DNA from: Chloroflexota bacterium
GTDB lineage: Bacteria > Chloroflexota > Dehalococcoidia > SM23-28-2 > HRBIN24
DNA: 56,525 bases
Assembly (NCBI GenBank): GCA_030550295.1
Contig: JAUQPQ010000003.1
Coordinates: 1 to 56,525, forward strand
Reading direction: 5' to 3'
Below, one piece after another: positions 39,289-50,731 of the stretch. Numbering within the stretch: position 1 is the stretch's first letter; the number at the start of each line of letters is the position of its first letter. The notes under the pieces are model-generated. The model was not told the DNA's origin, did no database searches, and saw only the letters and a list, made by a program, of their open reading frames with translations. The translations under genes were made by a program, and so were the position numbers.

Positions 39289-40601
39289 GTTCCATCGCTA
39301 TCCGTGGCGGCCACATCCTGGATCCCTCTCAGGGTCTGGACATCGTGGCTGATCTCCTAATCGTCGAAGGGCGCATCGCCGCTGTCGGGCCTGATGCGGG
39401 TGCCGATGTTCGTGAGGTCATCGACGCCTCGGGCCTTCTGGTGCTGCCCGGGCTGGTAGACATCCACTGTCACTTACGAGAGCCAGGCCTGGAACATAAA
39501 GAGACCATTGAGACAGGCGCTTTGGCTGCCGTGCGCGGAGGTTTCACCACCGTCTGCTGTATGCCCAATACTGAGCCTCCATTGGACAGTGCCCCAACAA
39601 TTAGGTGGCTACAGGGGAGGGTCTCCCAAGTGGGGCTAGTGCGCGTTTTGCCCATCGCCTGCGTAACAAGGGGACGACGCGGAAAAGAACTTGCAGACCT
39701 GATCGAGCTGGCCGAGGCAGGGGCTGTGGCCTTCAGCGACGATGGTGAGCCAGTGGCCGAGCCACAACTTTTGCGTCTTGCCCTCCAATATGCCTCGGTC
39801 CTTGGCCTTCCCATCGTCGAGCACTGTGAGGATAAGTCCCTCAGCGCTGGCGGCGTCATGCACGAGGGGTGGGTAGCAACCCGCTTAGGCCTAAAAGGGA
39901 TCCCCCCAGCTGCCGAAGAGGCAGCTGTCGCCCGCGCCATCGCCCTGTGTGCAGAAACGGGAGGCCGTTTGCACCTTGCCCACATCAGCACGGCCGGCTC
40001 TGTGGGCTGGTTACGGTTGGCCAAGGCTCAAGGGATCCCCATAAGCGCCGAGGTTACCCCCCACCACCTCTGCCTCACTCACGAAATCATCATGGGCGAG
40101 GGAGGGGTTCCTGGTGGACTCCTCTACGATACCAATGCCAAGGTAAACCCTCCCCTACGCCCTCGTGCCGATGCTGACGCCTGCGTAGCAGCCTTGGCTG
40201 AGGGCGCCATAGACTGTATAGCTACCGACCATGCCCCACACTCAGTCGAGGAGAAGCTGTGCGAGTTCGATTTGGCTGCCTTTGGCATCTCCAGCCTGGA
40301 GACGGCTTTGGCCCTTTGCCTCTCGCTAGTACATCAGGGCCGTGTGTCCCTTGGGCGGCTGATAGAGGCTATGACTATAGGGCCAGTGCGGGCGCTAGGG
40401 CTTCACCGCCATGTGCCCGGACTAGGTACGCTGGCGGTGGGTGCACCAGGGGACGTAACCATCGTCGACCCTGAGAGGGAGTGGAGGGTTGAGCCGGACT
40501 GTTTCGCAAGTAAGGGGAAGAATACCCCCCTGGCTGGGCGTACCTTGCGGGGGAAGGTGGTGTGCACCATATACGGTGGCAAGGTGGTATGGAAAGAATG
40601 A
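39285..40601 (+). CDS. pyrC: Dihydroorotase
   Basis: DIHCHLREPG, MPNT, EVTPHH, KVNPPLR, ATDHAPH. Confidence 0.95.
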
Positions 40602-41707
40602 GGCGAAGGGCCTTCTTAGTCCTAGAGGATGGCACCGTCTTCACAGGACGGCCCTTTGGCGCCATAGGCCAGGCCTATGGCGAGGTGGTCTTCTCCACAG
40701 CTATGACCGGCTACCAGGAGATGCTTACCGACCCCTCCTATGCTGGCCAGATTCTGGTGCTTACCTACCCGTTGGTGGGTAACTACGGGATCAACCGCCA
40801 AGATGTGGAGTCATCGCGTATCCAAGTGCGGGCCCTAGTGGTGCGGGACGCGTGTAGCATTCCTTCTCACTGGGCCTCAGAGATGACCCTTCACGAGTAC
40901 CTCGCCTCTCAGGGGGTGCCTGGCCTAGAAGGGGTTGACACCCGTGCCCTGACCAGACGCCTCCGCATTCATGGCGTCATGATGGGTGCCATCGCCATTG
41001 ATGAATCGCCCGAGGAGGCGCTGGCTCGGCTGCGATCCATGCCGCGCTATGGCACCACCGATCTGGTCAAGGAGGTCACTGCGAAAGAAGGATACCTGTG
41101 GCCCGAGCCGGCTGCACCCCGCTATCACGTTGTGGTGGTGGACGCTGGCGTAAAGTTCAACATTATGCGCCTATTGAGAGAGAGGGGCTGCCGTGTCACC
41201 GTGGTGCCCGCCACCACTTCAACTGAAGGGCTGCAGACTCTTGCCCCTGACGGCCTTCTCCTCTCCCCGGGGCCTGGTGATCCTGCCCTGCTGGACTACC
41301 TTGTGGAGGCGGTGCGGCCTCTTCTGGGGAAGGTGCCGGTGCTGGGCATCTGCCTAGGCCATCAGGTCATCGGTCGTGCCTTCGGCGGGCGTACCTTTAA
41401 GCTCAAGTTTGGCCACCGGGGAGCGAACCACCCAGTGAAGGATCTGCTCTCTGGGCGAGTGTTTATCACCTCCCAGAACCACGGATATGCTGTCGACCCC
41501 GAGGGCCTACGAGACGGCATCCAGGTGTGGCAGGTGCATCTGAACGACGGTACCGTAGAGGGGCTTTACCATCCGGAGCTGCCCATTATAACCATCCAGT
41601 ACCATGCCGAGGCCTCTCCAGGCCCTCTCGACAACACGTACGTCTTCGACACTTTCCTGGAGATGATGCGGTCTTGGAAGGGGGGAAGATGGGAACCCTT
41701 AAGGTGA
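40598..41707 (+). CDS. carA: Carbamoyl-phosphate synthase small subunit
   Basis: TGYQE, TDPSY, GICLGHQ, HRGANHPV, QYHAEASPGP; ATGA overlap with pyrC. Confidence 0.95.
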   Translation: MRRRAFLVLEDGTVFTGRPFGAIGQAYGEVVFSTAMTGYQEMLTDPSYAGQILVLTYPLVGNYGINRQDVESSRIQVRALVVRDACSIPSHWASEMTLHEYLASQGVPGLEGVDTRALTRRLRIHGVMMGAIAIDESPEEALARLRSMPRYGTTDLVKEVTAKEGYLWPEPAAPRYHVVVVDAGVKFNIMRLLRERGCRVTVVPATTSTEGLQTLAPDGLLLSPGPGDPALLDYLVEAVRPLLGKVPVLGICLGHQVIGRAFGGRTFKLKFGHRGANHPVKDLLSGRVFITSQNHGYAVDPEGLRDGIQVWQVHLNDGTVEGLYHPELPIITIQYHAEASPGPLDNTYVFDTFLEMMRSWKGGRWEPLR

Positions 41708-42147
41708 GAAAGGCCACGGTAGCCGATGCCCCAGCCATCGCCCATATCGCCGAGGAGATCGTGCGGGAATTGGGGCCCGAGGCATCGGCCCTTGAAGCCC
41801 CCGTAACCCCAGAGGCCATAGCTAGGCGGATACGCAGCTATCAAGGGAAAGGCGCCATGTTCGTTGCCATGCTGGGGAGGAGGCGGATAGGGTTCGCTGC
41901 CCTGGAGCCTGCCTCCGGCGAGAAGGAGACCTTAGTTTTGGGAGTATGGGTTCTTGCTCCCTACCGCCGACAAGGAATAGGTACCCAATTGGCCTTGGCT
42001 GCTATAGAGAAGGCCAGGTCACTGGGGGCGCATCGCTTGCGTGGCACCATACCCCAGGGGAACGAGCCTGCCCTTAGCTTCTTCGGTGAGTTGGGAGCCC
42101 TGGCCCAGGCAGTCGCTGGTGGCATGGCATACGAGCTCCCCATCTGA
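41689..42147 (+). CDS. GNAT family N-acetyltransferase
   Basis: VRKATVAD, V...YRRQGIGT, NEPALSFF. Confidence 0.8.
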   Translation: MGTLKVRKATVADAPAIAHIAEEIVRELGPEASALEAPVTPEAIARRIRSYQGKGAMFVAMLGRRRIGFAALEPASGEKETLVLGVWVLAPYRRQGIGTQLALAAIEKARSLGAHRLRGTIPQGNEPALSFFGELGALAQAVAGGMAYELPI

Positions 42148-42198
42148 AAGAAAAGAAGGCTGCGTTATGAAAAGGCGGCAAATACCCAGGTGCAGGAG

Positions 42199-45100
42199 AT
42201 GGCGGGAGAGGTATCTAAGGTCCTAATAATCGGCTCGGGGCCTATAGTCATCGGGCAGGCGGCCGAGTTCGATTACTCAGGTTCTCAGGCCTGCCGCGCC
42301 TTGCGGGAAGAGGGGGTGCATACTGTCCTGGTTAACCCCAACCCAGCCACCATAATGACCGATGAGGGGATCGCCGATACGGTCTATATAGAGCCCCTCA
42401 CTGTTGAGGTGCTGGAGCGCATTATCGCCCGGGAGCGGCCCGATGGCCTGCTGCCCACATTGGGGGGCCAGGTAGGTTTGAACTTGGCCGTTGCCCTTGC
42501 CGATGCTGGCATCTTAGACCGCTACGGCGTCCGAGTCTTGGGAACGCCCATAGAGTCCATCCGTAAGGCCGAGGACAGGGAGCTCTTCAAGAGGCTTTTG
42601 GACGAGATAGGCGAACCGCGCCCCGAGAGCGCCACCATCACCTCACTAGAAGAGGCGCGACAGGTAGCCAAAGAGCTAGGCCTACCTCTAGTGGTCCGCC
42701 CAGCCTACACCTTAGGGGGCACAGGAGGAGGGATCGCTCACAACTTAGAGCAGCTAGAGCGTATCGTTGCCATCGGCCTGAGGGCCTCCCCCATCGGCCA
42801 GGTCTTGCTGGAGCGGTGCCTCCTAGGATGGAAAGAGATCGAATATGAAGTGATCCGTGACAGGGCCGACAATTGCATCACCGTCTGCAACATGGAGAAC
42901 CTAGACCCCATGGGCGTCCACACGGGCGATAGCATCGTGGTGGCCCCCAGCCAGACCCTGACCGATAAGGAGTACCATATGCTGCGCTCCGCCGCCATCA
43001 AGATCATACGGGCCCTGGGAGTTGAGGGAGGGTGCAATATCCAGTTCGCCTTGGCTCCCCGCCAACAGATAGCGCCCTGGGCCTTGCGCCCCGATGGCCG
43101 CCCTCCCTATTACGTTATAGAAGTGAACCCTAGGGTCTCACGCAGCTCTGCCCTGGCTTCCAAGGCCACCGGCTACCCCATTGCCCGAGTCGCTGCCAAG
43201 ATCGCTGTGGGCCGCCGCCTCGATGAGATAGCCAATAAGGTGACAGGGAAGACTACAGCTGCCTTTGAGCCAGCCCTCGACTACGTAGTGGTCAAGATAC
43301 CCCGCTGGCCCTTCGATAAGTTCCCTTTGGGGGAAAGAGCCATAGGCACTCAAATGAAGTCAACGGGCGAGGTTATGGCTATCGCCCGCACCTTCCAGCA
43401 GGCCCTACAGAAGGCGGTCCGCTCATTGGAGTTGGGAGGACGCACCATCCTTTGGGAGGACCCCTCGTGGGAAGAGGAAGAACTGAGGGAGCTCATCTCT
43501 ACCCCCAACGATTTGCGTCTGTGGGCCTTGATGGCTGCCCTCCGTCGGGAGTACCGGCCCATGGAACTGGCCCAAATCTCTGGCATAGACCCCTGGTTCT
43601 TGGAGGAGATGGCGGAGTTGGTGGCCATGGAGAGGCGGCTCTTGACCGAGCCCCTTACGCCCCAGCTGCTTCGCGCGGCCAAGAATCTGGGCTTCTCCGA
43701 TAAGGACATAGCCACTCTGGCCGACCTTCTACCGGAACAGGTAAGGGAGATGCGCCTCCGCTACGGCATAAGGCCGGTCTACAAGATGGTAGATACCTGC
43801 GCTGCCGAGTTCGAGGCTGCCACCCCCTACTTCTATAGCACATATGAGGAGGACGAAAGGGCCGAGAACGAGGCCCTACCTCTAGAAGGGCCCAAGGCGG
43901 TCGTCTTAGGATCAGGGCCTATACGCATCGGCCAGGGGATAGAGTTCGATTATTGCTCCGTGCACACTGTCTGGGCCCTCCAGGAACAGGGCTACAAGGC
44001 CATCATCTTGAACTGCAACCCTGAAACTGTCTCTACCGACTTCGATACTAGCGACCGGCTCTATTTTGAGCCCCTCGGCGAGGAGGAAGTGCGCGACGTT
44101 TTGGAGAACGAGGCAGGAGAGAACAGCCCACCACCAGCCATTGTCCAGTTTGGAGGGCAGACAGCCATCAACCTGGCAGGCCCCTTAGCTAGGTATGGCC
44201 TATCCCTCTTGGGTTCTACCGCTGAGGCTATAGACCGAGCCGAAGATAGGGCGTCTTTCGAGGCCCTTTTGGACGAGCTGGGCATCCCCCAGCCTCCCGG
44301 TGGCACCGTCCAGTCCCTTGTGGAGGCCCTCCGCGTGGCCGATGCTCTGGGCTATCCAGTGTTGGTGCGCCCAAGCTATGTTCTTGGGGGCAGGGCTATG
44401 GAGATTGTGGAGGGCCCTAACCAGCTCACCTATTTCGTACAAGAAGCGGCTCACGCTGGCCAGGGACGCCCTATTCGTATCGACAAATATCTGGAAGGGG
44501 TGGAGGTGGAAGTTGATGCCATCTTCGATGGCGTCGATGTCCTTATCCCCGGCATCATGGAGCATATAGAGAGGGCTGGGGTACACTCGGGGGACTCTAT
44601 GGCCGTCTATCCCCCCCTGAGCCTCAGCCGGGCAGAGGTGGATACGGTAGTGGACTATACACGGCGCTTGGCCTTGGCCTTAGGCCTAAAGGGGCTCCTT
44701 AACATCCAGTTCGTCATCACCAGGCGACAAGGCAGCTATACCGTGTATGTGCTAGAGGTGAACCCCCGGGCCAGCCGCACCGTCCCCTTTATCTCCAAGG
44801 CCACAGGGGTCCCCATTGTGCGTCTGGCGGTAGGTGCCCTGTTGGGTAAGACCCTGCCCCAGATGGGTTATCCCTATGGCCTCTGGCCTCAACGGAGGTT
44901 GGTGGCGGTGAAGGCCCCCGTCTTCTCCATGTCCAAGCTCTCAGGGGTGGACACCTACTTGGGGCCCGAAATGAAGTCCACAGGCGAAGTGATGGGGATA
45001 GATAGCACTTTTGAGGCTGCCCTGGCTAAGGCGCTTTTGGCCGCCGACATGGCCTTACCGCCAAGGGGCGCCGTCCTCCTTTCCCTTGCCGACCAAACGA

Positions 45101-45468
45101 AGGCTGAAGCTATCCCTGTGATTCAAAGGTTGGCTGAGAGGGGCTATAAACTCTACGCTACTGAGGGTACCGCGGCTTTAATACGGCGCCTAGGCCTGGA
45201 GGTGGCCGAGGTGACCAAGAGGCTCAACGAGGGCCATCCTAACGTGGTGGACATCATCCAGCAGGGGCTGGTAGACGTAGTCATTAATACGCCTGAGGGC
45301 TCCCAGACCGCTACCATTAAGGACGGCTTCTACATACGCCGGGCAGCTGTAGAAAAGCGCATCCCCTGCTTCACGTCCATCGACACAGCCAAGGCCGCTG
45401 TGGAGGCCTTGCTTGTGGGCCCTGACCAGTTCTCCGCCTTTCCCGTCCACGAGTACCGACAATGGTAA
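42199..45468 (+). CDS. carB: Carbamoyl-phosphate synthase large subunit
   Basis: [34 protein letters not shown], second half [16 protein letters not shown]-terminal MGS domain. Confidence 0.97.
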   Translation: MAGEVSKVLIIGSGPIVIGQAAEFDYSGSQACRALREEGVHTVLVNPNPATIMTDEGIADTVYIEPLTVEVLERIIARERPDGLLPTLGGQVGLNLAVALADAGILDRYGVRVLGTPIESIRKAEDRELFKRLLDEIGEPRPESATITSLEEARQVAKELGLPLVVRPAYTLGGTGGGIAHNLEQLERIVAIGLRASPIGQVLLERCLLGWKEIEYEVIRDRADNCITVCNMENLDPMGVHTGDSIVVAPSQTLTDKEYHMLRSAAIKIIRALGVEGGCNIQFALAPRQQIAPWALRPDGRPPYYVIEVNPRVSRSSALASKATGYPIARVAAKIAVGRRLDEIANKVTGKTTAAFEPALDYVVVKIPRWPFDKFPLGERAIGTQMKSTGEVMAIARTFQQALQKAVRSLELGGRTILWEDPSWEEEELRELISTPNDLRLWALMAALRREYRPMELAQISGIDPWFLEEMAELVAMERRLLTEPLTPQLLRAAKNLGFSDKDIATLADLLPEQVREMRLRYGIRPVYKMVDTCAAEFEAATPYFYSTYEEDERAENEALPLEGPKAVVLGSGPIRIGQGIEFDYCSVHTVWALQEQGYKAIILNCNPETVSTDFDTSDRLYFEPLGEEEVRDVLENEAGENSPPPAIVQFGGQTAINLAGPLARYGLSLLGSTAEAIDRAEDRASFEALLDELGIPQPPGGTVQSLVEALRVADALGYPVLVRPSYVLGGRAMEIVEGPNQLTYFVQEAAHAGQGRPIRIDKYLEGVEVEVDAIFDGVDVLIPGIMEHIERAGVHSGDSMAVYPPLSLSRAEVDTVVDYTRRLALALGLKGLLNIQFVITRRQGSYTVYVLEVNPRASRTVPFISKATGVPIVRLAVGALLGKTLPQMGYPYGLWPQRRLVAVKAPVFSMSKLSGVDTYLGPEMKSTGEVMGIDSTFEAALAKALLAADMALPPRGAVLLSLADQTKAEAIPVIQRLAERGYKLYATEGTAALIRRLGLEVAEVTKRLNEGHPNVVDIIQQGLVDVVINTPEGSQTATIKDGFYIRRAAVEKRIPCFTSIDTAKAAVEALLVGPDQFSAFPVHEYRQW

Positions 45469-46247
45469 CCTCAGAGTTGCGGCTTGAAGAGGCAGTCGTC
45501 GTATCGCAGGAGGAGGTGTGCCAGGATACCTACCTCCTATGGCTTTCTTGTCCTCCTTTGGCCAAGGGTGCAGCACCTGGCAGGTTCGTCATGTTGCTAT
45601 GTGGCGAAGGTTTTGACCCATTATTGCCCCGCCCCATGAGTTACCATCGGTTCCGGCAGGTGGGGGGAGAAACGCAGTGGGCCATCTTGTACGACGTACG
45701 GGGGCGTGGCACTAGGTGGCTATCGCAGAGGCGTCCAGGGGACCACATTTGGGCTTTTGGCCCTTTAGGTCGCGGATTCGCTCCTGAAAGGGGGGCTACC
45801 AACCTACTGCTGATAGCAGGCGGGCTAGGCATCGCCCCCATCATCGCCCTTGCTGATGCGGCTCTGGCCCAGGGCCGCACGGTCACTTTGCTGTATGGTG
45901 CCAAGACGGCCTCTAAACTTTTGCCTCCCTCTTACTTCCCTACGGATTTGGAGATCGTTTTTGCCACCGAGGATGGCAGCCACGGCCATCACGGCCTAGT
46001 CACCGATTTGGTCCCTTCCTTCCTCCCCTGGGCCCATCAGGCGTTCGTCTGCGGGCCCACTGGAATGTACAGGGAGCTGGCTAACGTCCTTCGAGGGGTG
46101 TCCAGCACGGCCAAGGTGCAGGTGCTCATGGAAGAGCACATGGCGTGCGGCACGGGCATCTGCTACGGCTGCACCACCTTCACCCGCAAAGGTCCGCGTT
46201 TGGTGTGCCGTGATGGCCCCTGCTTTGCCCTGGAAGACCTGTACTGA
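45462..46247 (+). CDS. pyrK: Dihydroorotate dehydrogenase electron transfer subunit
   Basis: [35 protein letters not shown]...VCRDGP. Confidence 0.92.
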   Translation: MVTSELRLEEAVVVSQEEVCQDTYLLWLSCPPLAKGAAPGRFVMLLCGEGFDPLLPRPMSYHRFRQVGGETQWAILYDVRGRGTRWLSQRRPGDHIWAFGPLGRGFAPERGATNLLLIAGGLGIAPIIALADAALAQGRTVTLLYGAKTASKLLPPSYFPTDLEIVFATEDGSHGHHGLVTDLVPSFLPWAHQAFVCGPTGMYRELANVLRGVSSTAKVQVLMEEHMACGTGICYGCTTFTRKGPRLVCRDGPCFALEDLY

Positions 46248-46309
46248 AACTGGAAAAAGGGCGGCTTCTCTTGTATATTCTGGACAGAACATATTCAAGG
46301 GAGGGTGCC

Positions 46310-47155
46310 ATGGCTGCCCAAGTAGTGCGTGTGGGAAACGTGGAGATAGTAGGACTTATAGACCTCGTTTTCCCCTTAGACTACGCCATACTTTTCCCCG
46401 GGCGCGATGTCCAGGCGATCATGGCCTTCCAAGACGTCTACCCCCAATCGTACACGCCCGACGGACGCTATCAGACATACGCCTCCTGCTATGTCGTCCG
46501 CTCAGGTGGGAAAACGGTGTTGGTGGATACGGGGCTTGGGCCTAACGTCCCCTCTTTCTTGGGCGGAGGCCGTGGCCGCCTGCTGGAGGAGCTATCTAGT
46601 AACGGGATAAGTCCTGAAGACGTGGACGTGGTAGTGTGTACCCATCTGCACCTGGATCACACGGGCTGGAATGCGCGCGAGGAAGGGGGAGTTCGAGGCC
46701 CTACCTTCCCCCGAGCACGCTACTACCTCCCTAGGGCCGACTGGGAACACTTCACCGCTCCTGAACGGATAGATGGGGCTGCAGGGCGAAGCAACCTACT
46801 TCCCCTACAGGAGGCAGGGGTGATGGAGCTTTTCTCTGGTGAGGTGACCCTGGCCGAAGGTGTAACCACTTTGCCCACCCCTGGCCACACGCCGGGCCAT
46901 TCCAGCATCCTCATCTCGTCTCAGGGGGAGCGGGCCCTTATCGCCGGGGATTTGGTGAACCACCCCCTCCAGATAGAAAAGGTGGATTGGTCATCGGCCT
47001 TTGATACCGATCCTGCGCAGGCGGCGGAGACGCGCCGGCGCATCTTAGACTTTGTAGAGAGCGAGGGTCTACGTGTGGCCTTTGGTCACCTGCCGCCACC
47101 TAATATGGGCCGCCTTATCCGTCTAGAGGGAAGACGAGTGCTGAGGGCGTTGTGA
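46310..47155 (+). CDS. Metallo-beta-lactamase fold hydrolase
   Basis: VDTG, THLHLDH, GHTPGH, GD, GH; SD GGAGG. Confidence 0.9.
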   Translation: MAAQVVRVGNVEIVGLIDLVFPLDYAILFPGRDVQAIMAFQDVYPQSYTPDGRYQTYASCYVVRSGGKTVLVDTGLGPNVPSFLGGGRGRLLEELSSNGISPEDVDVVVCTHLHLDHTGWNAREEGGVRGPTFPRARYYLPRADWEHFTAPERIDGAAGRSNLLPLQEAGVMELFSGEVTLAEGVTTLPTPGHTPGHSSILISSQGERALIAGDLVNHPLQIEKVDWSSAFDTDPAQAAETRRRILDFVESEGLRVAFGHLPPPNMGRLIRLEGRRVLRAL

Positions 47156-47161
47156 CCGCCC

Positions 47162-48259
47162 CTAATCCTTTTGCTGGGAAGGTGGCTCCTGGGCTAGGAA
47201 GTGCTGAATACTGACCTTCGCCGCCACCTTCTGGGCGATGGCCATAATCACCTGCGATACAGGTGAGTCAGGTTCGGCCTCCAGTATGGGTACGCCCCTG
47301 TCGGCCCCCTCCCTAACCTTGGGATCGAGGGGGATAGCACCGAGGTAGTCAATCCCCACCTCCTGACACACCTTCTCTACCAGGCCGTGACCAAAGATGT
47401 CCACCCTGCCGCCACAGTGGGGGCAGATAAAGTAGCTCATGTTCTCTATCGCCCCCAAGATGGGTACGTGCAGCTTCTCGAAAAAGGAGACAGCCTTTAG
47501 GGCGTCCTCCACTGAGACCGCATTGGGGGTGGTGACGATGACCACTCCCGTGACGGTGGCGTCTTGGGCTAGGCTCATGGAAGCGTCGCTGGTGCCCGGG
47601 GGCAAGTCCACCACTAGATAGTCCAGCTCTCCCTCCTCGCCCCAGGGGATGTCGTGGAGAAGTTGCCTTATGCCAGTGCCGATGAGTGGGCCCCGCCAGA
47701 TAACGGCGGTGCCTGGAGGCAGAAGGAAGCCAAGGGAGACTGCCCGTAGGCCATATCTCTCCACAATGGAGAGCCCCTTATCTGCCTGGAAGCCTGGGGG
47801 GAGACCCAGCATGGTGGGCACATTGGGACCTGTGAGATCGGCGTCCAAAAGCCCCACCCTGGCGCCGTAGTTGCGGAGGGCGAGGGCCAAGTTTACGGCT
47901 ACAGTGCTCTTGCCTACTCCTCCCTTGTTGGAAGCGACAGCTATGAGGTTACGCACGCCAGCTACCGGCCTGGGCCCGCGAAAGCCTGTAGGGCGCACGT
48001 TGGCCTTCATCTCCACTTCCACGCTGGCCACCCCCGGCAAGGCGAGGATCGCTTCTTGGGCCTGACGACGCATCTCCTCCCGAACGGGGCATGCCGGCGT
48101 AGTGAGGGTGATGGATACCTTTACCTGGTCGCCGCACAGGGCGATGTCCTCTAAAGATACAAAGCCAAGGGAGACGATATCGCGGCCCAAGTCAGGGTCG
48201 TGCACCTGCCGGAGCGCCTCCAGTACCGCTTCCTTAGTCAACTTTTTGTCCCCGTCCAA
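47162..48259 (-). CDS. mrp: Mrp/ApbC/NBP35 Fe-S carrier ATPase with N-terminal DUF59 domain
   Basis: DPDLGRDIVSLG, TPACP, NKGGVGKST, DLPPGT, ENMS...CPHC. Confidence 0.9.
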   Translation of the reverse strand: MDGDKKLTKEAVLEALRQVHDPDLGRDIVSLGFVSLEDIALCGDQVKVSITLTTPACPVREEMRRQAQEAILALPGVASVEVEMKANVRPTGFRGPRPVAGVRNLIAVASNKGGVGKSTVAVNLALALRNYGARVGLLDADLTGPNVPTMLGLPPGFQADKGLSIVERYGLRAVSLGFLLPPGTAVIWRGPLIGTGIRQLLHDIPWGEEGELDYLVVDLPPGTSDASMSLAQDATVTGVVIVTTPNAVSVEDALKAVSFFEKLHVPILGAIENMSYFICPHCGGRVDIFGHGLVEKVCQEVGIDYLGAIPLDPKVREGADRGVPILEAEPDSPVSQVIMAIAQKVAAKVSIQHFLAQEPPSQQKD

Positions 48260-48287
48260 GGTTCTGCTTACCTCCCACTATGATCTG

Positions 48288-48929
48288 TCACGGATCCACC
48301 ACAAACCTGCAGGCGTTGCTCCCTTCGCTGATGCGCTCAACACAGCGGACCGGGTGGCCCAATAGTCTGGCCAGAAGGTTGGTGTGCCACTCGCACACCG
48401 CCCGATAACTCTCGGCCACTTTGGGGAAAAGGCAGTTGTAGTCCACCATTTCGTACCTTGAGCCCACCCTACGCCACTCAACCATGGACCCTTGCTCCCG
48501 CAAGATCTGAGATACCAGCTTTACGCGCGCCCCCAGCCCCTTCCCCTCCAAGGCCCAAAAGTAACCAGAAGCTAGCCTGTCTAAGGCACGGGAAAGGACT
48601 AAGGCCTGCTTCTGCCTGGCATCTAGGCCCTGCAACTCGGCAGGGCTCAACTCGCCCACTACTTCAAGCAGCAGTAAAACTAACCACTCATAGCGCTTGG
48701 GATAGGTTTCATGTCCGGCAGGGGCGAGACGATACACATGACGGGGCCTCCCCGCAGGCCCCTTCTCTTGCCTCACCTCTACTAAACCATCCCTCTGTAA
48801 GGATATGAGATGTTGCCGCAGGGTGGCCCTCGCCAAACACATCCAATGGACTAGGTCATCTAAAGTGGCTGCCCCCCTGCGCTTCAGATGATCTAAAATC
48901 TGCCTCTTGGTAGGATGTATCACCCCCAT
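48288..48929 (-). CDS. SufR-like winged-HTH transcriptional regulator with C-terminal Cys
   Basis: RQHLISLQRDGLV, GRPRHVYRL, YPKRY, NCLF...VCEWH...CRF. Confidence 0.75.
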   Translation of the reverse strand: MGVIHPTKRQILDHLKRRGAATLDDLVHWMCLARATLRQHLISLQRDGLVEVRQEKGPAGRPRHVYRLAPAGHETYPKRYEWLVLLLLEVVGELSPAELQGLDARQKQALVLSRALDRLASGYFWALEGKGLGARVKLVSQILREQGSMVEWRRVGSRYEMVDYNCLFPKVAESYRAVCEWHTNLLARLLGHPVRCVERISEGSNACRFVVDP

Positions 48930-49013
48930 CCCTCTGCAGTATAACACTCCCCACCCCGGGAAAGGAATGTTATGACAATTCACGCATCGTTAATGGTAGA
49001 AACCACAAGCTCC

Positions 49014-49042
49014 TTGACAAGGCGCGGGGGGCTAAGTATAAT
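49014..49042 (+). promoter_or_regulatory. Perfect-consensus sigma70 promoter
   Basis: TTGACA(49014-49019)-17 nt-TATAAT(49037-49042). Confidence 0.8.
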
Positions 49043-49136
49043 GTGCCGTGATGGTGAAATATGTAACAAAGCCGAAACGTGGAGGGTGTTGTAGCGCTTG
49101 TGGTCGAAGGGATATCTATTTATGGAGGTGGTGGAG

Positions 49137-49418
49137 ATGAGTGGGGCCTTGTTAGAGGAGGGAGCCGAGGCCCTGCCAGGTGAGCGGCAGTGTCGGCACC
49201 ACTGGGTCATTGCTACCCCCAATGGGACGATGAGCGTTGGGCGGTGTCGGCGCTGTGGGGCAGTACGGGAGTTCCGCAACTCTACTCCCGAGTCCTACTA
49301 CTGGGGCGAGGAGCCATCGGCAGACTCGTGGCTAAGGCCTGCTCGATCCATAGAAGGGGCTGACGAGGACTATTCTACGGCGAGCCAAAGCGGCGCCGGG
49401 ATGAGTATAGCCCTGTAA
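49137..49418 (+). CDS. Small hypothetical protein with putative Zn finger (CxHHW...CxxC)
   Basis: CRHHWVIATPNG...GRCRRCGAVREFRNS; SD GGAGGT 7 nt before ATG 49137. Confidence 0.7.
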   Translation: MSGALLEEGAEALPGERQCRHHWVIATPNGTMSVGRCRRCGAVREFRNSTPESYYWGEEPSADSWLRPARSIEGADEDYSTASQSGAGMSIAL

Positions 49419-49527
49419 GGGCCTCTATTAGCTGGCCTGTAGAACCTTTTTGCCCTTGGTTACTACCGCTAACAGAATCGTCGCCTCCGCTTAGCACGGT
49501 GGTGGCGGCGGTATACTAGGCCTTGAG

Positions 49528-50451
49528 GTGAACATAGCGGTAGAGATTGGGGGCCGGGGCAAAAGGGGGCTTTTGCTTTCCAACCCCGTTATGGTGGCCT
49601 CGGGCTGTTTTGGCAACGGGATTGAGTTCCGCCGCCTCTTCGATATAGACAGGCTTGGGGCTATCGTTAGTAAAGGGATTACCCTTAGGCCTCGTCAAGG
49701 CAACCCGCAGCCCCGCTTAGTGGAGACGCCGGCTGGCCTTATCAACTCCATAGGGCTCCAGAACATTGGCGTGGGGAGGGTAATTAAGGAGCTGGCACCC
49801 ATCTGGGCCACATGGCGAGTGCCGGTGGTAGCCAATATCGCTGGCGAGAGCGTCGAAGAGTACGCCTCTTTAGCGGCGCAGCTGGACGGTACGCCTGGGG
49901 TGAGCGCCCTAGAGCTAAATATCAGCTGCCCCAATGTGGAGAATGGCCTAGAATTCGCCTGTCATCCGCCCTTGGCGGCAGAGGTAACGGCAGCAGTGCG
50001 ACGTTGCACTGCCCTGCCGGTCATCGTCAAGCTCAGCCCGGTAGCACCTAACTTGGTGGCGGTAGCCCAGGCAGTGGTGGAAGCAGGAGCTGACGCCCTC
50101 ACCATCGCCAATACGTACCCTGCCTTGGCTATCGATATCTGGAGCGCTCGCCCGGTGCCAAGTTTCGGTGGGGGGCTTTCGGGCCCTGCCATCAAGCCCC
50201 TGACTCTGAGGCTAGTGTCTGAGGTAGCTAGAGAGCAACTAGGAGTGCCTATCATAGGGTGTGGCGGTATCTCCACCTGGCAGGACGCTGTGGAATATCT
50301 GATGGCCGGGGCCAGTGCTGTGCAGGTGGGTACCATTACTTTCCGCAACCCTAGAGCACCGTTGGAAGTGTTGGAAGGGCTAGAAAGCTTCTTGCAGCAG
50401 CAGGGGATAGAAGACCTGTCCCAGATAGTTGGGGCTGCCCTAGGGTCATAA
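49528..50451 (+). CDS. pyrD: Dihydroorotate dehydrogenase B, catalytic subunit
   Basis: NPVMVASG, NSIGLQN, ELNISCPN, KLSP, GGLSGPAIKP. Confidence 0.95.
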   Translation: MNIAVEIGGRGKRGLLLSNPVMVASGCFGNGIEFRRLFDIDRLGAIVSKGITLRPRQGNPQPRLVETPAGLINSIGLQNIGVGRVIKELAPIWATWRVPVVANIAGESVEEYASLAAQLDGTPGVSALELNISCPNVENGLEFACHPPLAAEVTAAVRRCTALPVIVKLSPVAPNLVAVAQAVVEAGADALTIANTYPALAIDIWSARPVPSFGGGLSGPAIKPLTLRLVSEVAREQLGVPIIGCGGISTWQDAVEYLMAGASAVQVGTITFRNPRAPLEVLEGLESFLQQQGIEDLSQIVGAALGS

Positions 50452-50454
50452 AAA

Positions 50455-50706
50455 ATGAGAGTACCAGGCCAGGGAGAAGAGGAGCCATCTTTCCGATGGG
50501 CGGACATCTTTCACCTTACAAAGGCTATCTTTTCCATACTCTTCTGGCCTCTTGTGGCTTTGTTGGCGTTAATGATAGCTATAGGTGGGGTTACAGTAGC
50601 TTTCAGCGTGCACTGGGTATGGGGGGTAACGGCCATGGCCCTTATAGGTGTGGGGGTGGCGGTATGGGGATGGCTGGACGCTAACAGGCGTTCTAGAGAG
50701 CCGTGA
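50455..50706 (+). CDS. Small hypothetical membrane protein (2 TM)
   Basis: 83 aa, two long hydrophobic stretches, 3 nt after pyrD. Confidence 0.6.
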   Translation: MRVPGQGEEEPSFRWADIFHLTKAIFSILFWPLVALLALMIAIGGVTVAFSVHWVWGVTAMALIGVGVAVWGWLDANRRSREP

Positions 50707-50731
50707 GATGCGCTTCTAGGGAGTAGGCCTT

